DNA of 61,557 nucleotides, filler included, from Basidiobolus ranarum (Eukaryota): NCBI GenBank assembly GCA_040143965.1. It is 2 parts of 2 records of this genome, joined end to end, with 100 filler letters (N's around TTAATTAATTAA, not from the genome) between each part and the next. Parts side by side here need not be neighbours in the genome. Positions count along the whole stretch, not along the records: positions 30,893 to 61,557 come from JASJQH010000097.1; 1 more part is not named here. One strand, 5' to 3'. Shown piece by piece: positions 53,094 to 61,557 of this stretch (position 1 is its first letter; each line of letters starts with the position of its first letter). The notes under the pieces were generated by a model. It saw only the letters and a program-made list of their open reading frames with translations, ran no database searches and was not told where the DNA came from. The position numbers and the translations under genes were made by a program.

Positions 53094-56000
53094 ATGCCAT
53101 CCAACCAAGATTTTGAGGGGTGTAGTGACGATCAGAACACCAATGGTAACTATTACAGGGTTTGATTGAAACAATGGATACTTATTTAACCATCCTTTAA
53201 TCAGTGGTACATCTAGAAACTCCTCCAAATGTCACGGAAACTCGACGCAAGAAATCTCTTGTCCGTCCCGATCGCCATCCAATGCCAAGAGAAGAGTTGA
53301 ACGATCATGAAGGCAACCGTAGGGAGCTACTCGGAAGAAGTGATAGTGTAACCCTCGGAAAAGCTGAGAAAGCGTTAAAGAGTGAAGTTCAAGTTGAAAA
53401 TGAAAAGAAGTGGAACGGCTGGGTCATCTTTTCAAAAATCATCACCATCTATGCACCGCGTCCACTTTTAATATGTTGCGGTAAGTGGAATTTCCCGTGT
53501 TGGTTGAATTCCCAACAATTAGCTTACATTCATTATAGGGATGAAAACCGCCGAGGTAAGACAAGCTTGGAGAGAGAAAATAGCCTTGTGCACAATAATC
53601 TTTTTCTTGTGGATAGCTGTTGGGTTCCTGACTTTTGGTTTTCAACAAGTTCTTTGTGGTTGGGATAGTTTAACTCGTATTAAGCAAGGCCAAGTGAACG
53701 CTACCGATGTCATTATCCATGGAAGAGCTCTGCAGATCGAAAGCTTCATTCACCCAGATGCACCGGGGATACCCGCGGGAGGAAATATCGCAGCCACTAG
53801 TGCTGGTCGGGATCTTTCTTTTCTATTTCAAAACGTCAATGGATATTGCAAACAGATATTGAATTCAAATAGAGATATGACCAATTATTTCCCATGTGTC
53901 ACTCGAAGCCCGGAAACTTTAGCCGAGCCAAATACCAGATTCGAAAAGCATGACTGCCATTCTTCAGTGTCTTCAAGGGATTCTTTAAGACGACTAAAGT
54001 TCCATGGTGACATTTATTACGAGTGGCAAGACCTTCAATCCAAGAAGAGAAATTTGGTTGTATACAATGGGCAAATCCTGGATTTTGACTTAATGGACTG
54101 GATAGCCCCCGAGATAGAAACCCCTGCTGTGTTTAAGCAACTTCGAGATCCAGAATCTTTACATAGAGGAAAAGATGTAACCTTCTTCTTGAATACCTAT
54201 CATCGTGCCGAGGCCAAATGTGCCGTAGACTTATTTAGAGTGGGAACTCTTGATACGAGCTCTATGGGATGCATGATTTCAAATGTGATGCTATATATCT
54301 CCCTCATAGTGATTGTTGGTGTGATGCTAGTGAAATTTTTCCTAGCCGTTTTCTTCGATTGGATCTTAAGCTGGCGTCTAGGTAGCTTCCGTGAAGAAAC
54401 CTACGAAGAACGTAAGGAGCGTATTGAGGCAATTGAAAAATGGAGTGAGAGTCCGAACAAGCTAGCTTTTCCTCATACAAAATATCCTTCAAGACCCACT
54501 ACTGGGTTCTTGCCTAAAACCAGTAGATATTCAACTCCCATTACACTCACCGACCCCGCATTAAAGAGACATACATCTGTACTTCCTAGTTCGTTTACTT
54601 TAGATAACGAAGAAAGAGGATCTATATCGAACTACTCAGTAGTGAACGATCAAATTTCGCTTCAAGACTCCACTGCTTCTCACGTATCTGGAGAAATTGG
54701 AAACATTCACATTCCACCCGTTCTCCCCTCACCTACCTTTCAGCCATTCAACTTTCCCTTGGCCCATATCATTATGTTAGTCACCTGCTATTCAGAAGGT
54801 ACTGAGGGTATGCGTACCACGTTGGACTCACTAGCCCTGACCGACTATCCACAGTCGCACAAGCTTATTGTCATTATTGCGGACGGAGATATCATAGGTA
54901 GCGGTAATGATATGTCCACACCCGATGTTTGCATCTCTATGATGAAAGATTTCGTAATCCCCCCAGAAAATGTAAATCCTTATTCCTATGTTGCAATTGC
55001 CGATGGTACGAAGAGACACAATATGGCCAAGGTCTATGCAGGCTACTACAAGTTCGATGAAACCACTGTCACTAAGGAGAAGCAACAACGTGTTCCCATG
55101 GTCTTAATCGCTAAATGTGGCTCTTCAGAAGAGAGAAGTCTGCCCAAACCAGGCAATCGTGGTAAACGCGATAGTCAAATCATTCTGATGTCGTTCCTTC
55201 AGCGGGTAATGTTTGACGACCGAATGACAGAGATGGAGTATGAGCTATTCAACGCTATCTGGAGTACCACCGGAGTTACAGCTGATAACTTTGAGATTGT
55301 ACTGATGGTGGATGCCGATACGAAAGTCTACCCTGACTCAGTTACTCGTATGGTTTCGTGTATGGTGCGAGATCCTCAGATCATGGGTCTCTGTGGAGAA
55401 ACTAAAATTGCAAACAAAACTGACAGTTGGGTGTCGATGATTCAAGTCTTTGAGTATTACATCTCACATCATCAAAGTAAGGCTTTTGAAGCAATATTTG
55501 GTAACGTAACTTGCCTTCCCGGATGCTTCAGCATGTATAGAATTAAGTCACCAAAAGGTACTACGGGGCTTTGGGTTCCTATCCTTGCGAATCCAGATAT
55601 CGTTGAGCGTTATTCGGAGAATGTTGTTGATACATTGCATAAGAAGAACTTACTGTTACTGGGTGAAGATCGCTTCCTTACCACCTTGATGTTACGCACT
55701 TTCCCCAAACGAAAGATGATTTTCGTACCGCAAGCAGTATGCAAGACTATAGTCCCAGATAAATTCAGCGTGTTGCTTTCACAGCGTCGTCGTTGGATCA
55801 ATTCTACCATTCACAACCTTCTAGAGTTGGTGTTGATTAGAGATCTATGCGGTACATTTTGCTTTTCCATGCAATTTGTCATCTTTCTGGAGCTTTTAGG
55901 TACAGCAGTGTTACCAGCAGCTATTTGCTTCACAAGTTATCTCATTGCGAATTCCATTATTTCGAGGCCAATACCCGTGATTCCGCTTATCATTTTGGGT

Positions 56001-56429
56001 ATTGTCTTAGGTCTTCCAGCAGTGTTGATCTTAATGACTACTCGTAAATTGATATATGTTGTTTGGATGATTATTTACTTGATATCACTTCCAATATGGA
56101 ACTTGGTTCTCCCTCTCTATGCGTTCTGGCATTTCGACGATTTCAGCTGGGGACAAACGAGGGTGGTTGCTGGAGAAACAGCCGGCGATGGTGACCACAG
56201 CAAAAAAGATGGAGAATTTGACTCGAGTCGTATCAACATGAAGAAGTGGTCAGAGTTTGAACGTGGTAAGCGTCGAAAGACCAAGCTGTTCATGTCGGAA
56301 TATGCGAATTTTGGTGTACCTACAACAACCCTAGATCAACTTGGCTATCACACACCTAGTCAACTTGCGAGAATCTCCACTGCTAGCCTTTTAGTACGTA
56401 GAGGGGATGAGTTGAAGAGGTTTGACTAG
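53094..56429 (+). CDS. CHS3: Chitin synthase, class IV (Chs3-like); exons 53094-53145, 53205-53480, 53539-56429
   Basis: RRKKSLVRPDR N-terminal motif, AWREK, b5-like region, VTCYSEG, KPGNRGKRDSQ, MVDADT, LGEDRFLT, QRRRW, WHFDDFSWG. No myosin motor domain. Confidence 0.96.
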
Positions 56430-56509
56430 ACAGAACTTCAACATGGCTACTTTCTAGACGGAACTTCAACATGACTACTTTCTAGACGGAACTTCAACAT
56501 AGCTACTTT
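56426..56509. repeat. Tandem repeat, 3 x 28 bp, starting at the chitin synthase stop codon
   Basis: CTAGAC(A/G)GAACTTCAACAT(GG/GA/AG)CTACTTT at 56426, 56454 and 56482. Confidence 0.92.
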
Positions 56510-56891
56510 CAACCCATATTTATTATTTAATGCCTTGCATTCTTTATCGCCGCTACTACATACCATTACTATCTATCGACATATTTATTCAAAATCCCTG
56601 ACCATTAACTTAGCCCTCTGTGTTCGATCAGCTTAATCGTTCTCACTATGATAATGATATAGATTAAATACTGAATAAAAACTCTTAGAATCCAGTTACT
56701 ATATTAGTATACCCTTTAAATTACATCAGTGATTGTCCATTTTTGATCAATTGGCCAATCACAAAGAGTTCAGGGTTTCTTTTTTTTCATGTTGGAAGTG
56801 TATCAAGCTTTAAAGGTGGCCATGATGCTCTAACCAGTTTTTTTTCTTTTCCACTCTCGCGTGACTCTTCCGTATCCTCCCCGATAGAACT

Positions 56892-57744
56892 ATGGACGCC
56901 AAACACTGGATTGACATTGATATTGCTCGAGTATACCCACTCGATCATTTCGTTGTTCCTCAACATTATGAGAAGGATGTTGAAAGTATTTTGATCCCTC
57001 ACGGAATGATCAAGGATAGAATTCAGAAGCTTGCCAAACTTATCGTTAACGACATTCCTGACGATCCTATTCCCAACCTTGGTAAGACTATTTCTCTGAG
57101 CTTTTCTCTATCCTTCGTGTGTATAACCTTCTTTCTACAGTTGTATGCTGCGTTTTAAAGGGTGGTCACCAATACTTTGCTGATTTGGTTAACGAAATCA
57201 AGAGATGTCATACTAGCAAAGGAAAGTCCATCAAACTCAGTCTGGAATTCTTGAAAGTTAAAAGTTACGAGAACGACCAATCCACTGGCAATGTCCGCAT
57301 TTCTTTGACCGAGAAAGAATTGGAGGACTTCCGTGGCAAGGTATTTGATTATTTTTCAATATTCTCATTTATTTCCTTACTAATAGGTTCACCTTGATAA
57401 CGCAACAGAACCTTCTTATCGTTGAAGATATCATTGATACTGGTCGTACCATGGTCAAGCTCCTTGATCGTTTGAAGGACTTTGGTCCTACTTCCGTTAA
57501 GGTGACCAGTTTGTTGATCAAGAAAACTCCCCATTCCAACGGCTACATCCCTGATTATGTTGGTTTTGCCATTCCTGATGCTTTTGTGGTTGGATACGCT
57601 CTTGATTATAACGAACATTTCCGTGATCTTGACCATATTGCTGTGATTAGTGTAAGTTATGCTTGTTGAATATATACAAACTATACTTGATATTTAACTA
57701 AGATCTGCTTCTAGGAACACGGAAAACAGGCCTATGCCTTATAA
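56892..57744 (+). CDS. HPRT1: Hypoxanthine-guanine phosphoribosyltransferase, animal HPRT1-like; 4 exons
   Basis: [44 protein letters not shown] loop [31 protein letters not shown]. Confidence 0.95.
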
Positions 57745-57950
57745 ATTTCATTCTAAGGATTTATCTCTAGAATAAATTGTAAATTTAACCAGTGTATACT
57801 TCCGGAGCCCAAGACCTGAACCCTACGTGCAATAGAGAGTGCACCATTTACCTTGATCAATGACTTGAATTATTATACTAACCTTATAGTAAGAAATATA
57901 TTGATGATAGTAAATGAATACACGATTAAATAAACGAATGTCTGTAGGAT

Positions 57951-60636
57951 TTATTTCGAACTCTGTTCCCAATCTTTGCTTATTTCTACCACCGGATTGT
58001 CAATCAAATCTTCTGAGAGTTCATTTCTTCTTCGTGACATCAATTCCCCAGTCTTGACTAGATTCTTTTTATTCCAAAGATCTCGTTCCTTCTGATGAAT
58101 TCCGTTGATTGGAGAAGATAAGGAACGATTGTGAGTCTGATGGGGATTCCGTTTTTGCTTTCGCTTCTTTTTCATTATTAAACCATCTTCTTGATCGGAA
58201 TTCCCTTCCGAACTGGTATCAGTGTTCATATAGCCAATATCCGACTCTTGTAGTTCACATTCACCACAATGGTCATGCTCGCAGAAGATTTCCTGTGCCC
58301 ATTGGCTCAACCCACTTACTACTCCCTTGGCCTCCGGAAATATAGGTAACATCTGCAGGAAGGCGTGAGATATACCCTGAAGAATCTTCAGTTCCACCAC
58401 TTTCTCCTCCACGAATTCTTTCTCGTTCAAGAAATCAGTATTCACGTAGCTACTTACTTTACGCAGAGTTGGATTGGAAGAATTTCGAAAGTATTCTGGT
58501 GTAAATGGTGTGTTACCATTCGTGGGAACTTTAGAAGCTGAAGATCCGGCCGGGGTCATTCCGAATTTACTGGAGAAATTCTGAAGATCTGAGTTGGATC
58601 GTCTATCTGGTTTGAATGTGAATTCGGATTTATCACTGCCTTGTACTTCATCGATATCCCGTTGTCTTTTAGCTTCTCGCCAGAGTTTTCGTTTCGCCTC
58701 CCGAATTCTCCCTGCGAAGATGATGGTATCATCCACGAGGGGATCTTTTTCTCCACAAATTAGGTAAACTTTGGGAAATTGTGCGAGAAGTTCATCCGGT
58801 GCTACTATAGGTGAAAGAAGATAATCATGTTGAAAATCGGGCGTTTGATTCGGACCAATGTATAGAATCGCCATTGCGCGCATCTAAATTCCAAAATTGA
58901 GTTAAGAGTTGATATGAATATGTGAGAAGATTATACTACCAAGTCGGGGGTGATGATTCTGTCGTTGAAGAAGCTCATTCTGCTGGTCATGGAGAGTCTG
59001 GTGCCAGAATTGGTTGATAGTTTGTATGGGACTTTAATTCTTTCTTGAATGGCTCGATGTTTCTGTGAGCTCCATTTTCTTTCAAGGTCTGGTCCTACAG
59101 CCAACGGACTGCAGTGGCTCAAGTGATTTTTAGCTTCCATTAGGGAGGGTAGGGACTTGGCCGATTGAGCCCGGATCAGGCTCATTTGGGTATTAGACAT
59201 CCAAGAGCTAATGTTAAAGTCAAGACACCCATAGATAAGTATAACTCCGTCTGGCAATGGAACTGCAGGCTTGCGCTCCAAAGCCTTGAGAACCACAGAC
59301 GCTGCAATATTTCCGCCACTAGATGTTTTTAATATACGTTCATTAATTCAATATATATTCCATATCGTAGGATAGCACCACTTACGCTGAATCTCCCATC
59401 ATTGCCACAGATATACGATCTCTTTTCTCTCCATTCATGTTGGTCCATCCAAGCATTCCTAGACACTCACCATTAGTTTCTACGATCGTTCTATACACGT
59501 CAAAGCACTCTTCAATCGCATACGGATACGGGAACTCTGGCGCTTTCCCATAATCGATACTTACGATGGGAACACCAGTCTCAAAGGTCATCTGAGCCAG
59601 ATAATCTTCGTGACACTCGGGATTCATGGTAACGAAACCACCCCCGGGAAAGTTTAGAATGATTTTAGAGCAGAATTGGTAGCTCTCTTTAACACCAGCA
59701 AAATAGATATGAGCTCTTATAGGATTTGGACCACATGCGTATTTTGAAGGTCTTGGAATCAAGATCCGTTTTTCAACACTTAATCGTGGTTTTGTTAGTT
59801 TAGAACCTAAGCGTAGTAGTGGATGAAGGGATTTTTCCCATGACATTCTCATGTACTCTACTGTAGGTTGAGACCGAATTTTACGAACCTAAGTTTTGTG
59901 CGTATAATTTAACCCAATGAACATATGAATAAAATCTGAGAGAAATAATCGCATACCTTTTGGTCAGCTCTCTCTGCAAACACCAGATAAAATAGGGTGA
60001 ACGCAATACTCAGTATATTCATCAACCATTTGGGGCGGATATTCATAGCTGTATAAAAGCCTGCGTCCAGGGCAGTAAGAACCCATGTAGCACGATAGTA
60101 ATTTCGACTATACTGTGAAGGCATATACATATATATAAAAATAGCAATATGTATTAGTCAACGCTTGAACTGATTCCAACAAATTCCTTCGACTTACCAG
60201 TCTTGCTAGAGGCTCTGGAGCTGATTTGATAGGGAATAAGAAAAGGATTTAACATACAATAGATACATTGTAGGTACAGTAGGTATACTAACCATTCAAA
60301 CCTAGCAGAAGAAATGCATTCTTTATGAGGTAAGCACATGTCAAGCTTCCAACAACCAGTTGCCACGGAGAAAACCTAGCTATACTCTTATGAAAACGAG
60401 TAACGCTGAGCATATGCACACAAATATACACTAACCAAGTCGCTTATTGATCCCAATCAGATATCGAGGACCATTCTGACGATAACTCCTCAGAGTTAGT
60501 ATGCTAATGAAATTTCAATACTAAGTACGTATACTTTGAAGTATTCTATTGTGAATACATACGCAGCAGTCGCGACTAGAATAACTTGCACCCGCTTGAG
60601 ATTATTAGAGGGTTTCCCCAGCAGATGATCAATCAT
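57951..60636 (-). CDS. Hormone-sensitive-lipase-family alpha/beta hydrolase; multi-exon
   Basis: Start MIDHLLGKPS; ATWVLTALDAGF; oxyanion motif PGGGF; GDSAGGN split by an intron; GEKDPLVDD; GISHAFLQM. Confidence 0.92.
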
Positions 60637-61557
60637 CAACGTTCAATAGTAGGGTTAGGGTAAGGATAAGGATAAGGTATATACAATTATTCGATCAAAT
60701 AAACCTGGTAGAGTGTGAATGAGAGAATTAACTTGTTTCAATGTAATTTATCAGTATCAATGGGCTTTATATATCCTCCTCTTCCGCTCCCGTTCCCCTT
60801 CCCCTACTCTAATGTACGGTCAAATAGGAAGAAGGACTAGAGATCGGGGGAATGGTTAAGGGGAAGCTGAACTAAAAGTATGCGGAGCATGTGAAAATCC
60901 GAGTCTGGTAGGTTTTATTAAATCACATGTGATGTTGACTGCTAGCTGTTAAAATACATATTTATATTGCATATGATGACCATTGACGAATGGCAAATAG
61001 CGAATGGTGAATGGTTTAAATACAATCGATGTTGCCAGTTGTGTAAAAGGCTATTCATAGACCATAACTACTGACATAATAGACAACAACTTGAGCGTAT
61101 GCAACCTGTTTCAACGCACAGGCTACTAAGGTCATCCAGAGAATAATCGGTCGCAAGCAATCAGTCGCAAATCTTGACTCAGGGATTGAGATAACTTAAC
61201 GAATCCACGCCAATCATTTCGTAGGAATTCTAGCAAATAATATTCAGTATTATAAAGCAACTTTCATAATATCACCATACACAACAAATGCCAATGGCAA
61301 ATACTCTGATGAATGTCAACGTCCTGTCTAAGCATGTATAGACTTGGATTTGAAGCATTCTTCTCTGTATAGACTTGGTAGAGAGGTGCAACACATTAAG
61401 ACCAAACGTTTAAGCATTTTTTTAAGAAATGATTCGAGAATGAGGCGTCATTCTGGCCAACTCAAAATCAACCCGAAAGTAAAGATGCTAAAACGACCAT
61501 TTCTAAAAGTTCTGAATCCAAAATACCTAGCAGGGTGTGATGATTATCATGTTTAGC

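Noticed and set aside
56426-56509. 28-bp repeats as a possible CRISPR-like array
   Set aside because: Units are directly tandem with no unique spacers, the context is eukaryotic and there are no cas genes.
39406-60636. SCS7, OLE1 and the lipase as a lipid-metabolism cluster
   Set aside because: Interspersed with unrelated housekeeping genes; no shared regulatory signature seen.
61344-61556. 70-aa ORF at the window end
   Set aside because: TTG start, no motif, no supporting splice signals.

Overview
Intron-rich, AT-rich fungal genomic DNA. The gene content suggests an early-diverging fungus, possibly Basidiobolus-like (inference only). A 100-bp N spacer containing an artificial TTAATTAATTAA linker (30793-30892) splits the window into two pieces whose true adjacency is unproven. 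The left piece (~30.8 kb) is gene-poor: a C2H2 zinc-finger transcription factor, a Pho80/Pcl-type cyclin, two paralogous BTB-like genes resembling basidiomycete Clp1 (clampless), a nest of Ty1/copia LTRs and a probable LINE remnant, with the transposon DNA almost free of CpG. The right piece is gene-dense: COY1/CASP, a Cdc11-like septin, an aldo-keto reductase, SCS7, RPL39, LAMTOR1/Ego1, OLE1, a 2-Cys peroxiredoxin, a class IV chitin synthase, an animal-type HPRT and a hormone-sensitive-lipase-like gene. The standout is a nine-exon gene at 42356-45033 whose hand-spliced product has the architecture of PALB2/FANCN: N-terminal coiled coil, FxLP motif and C-terminal WD40 propeller. All homology calls come from motif recognition and recalled reference sequences; no database search was run.
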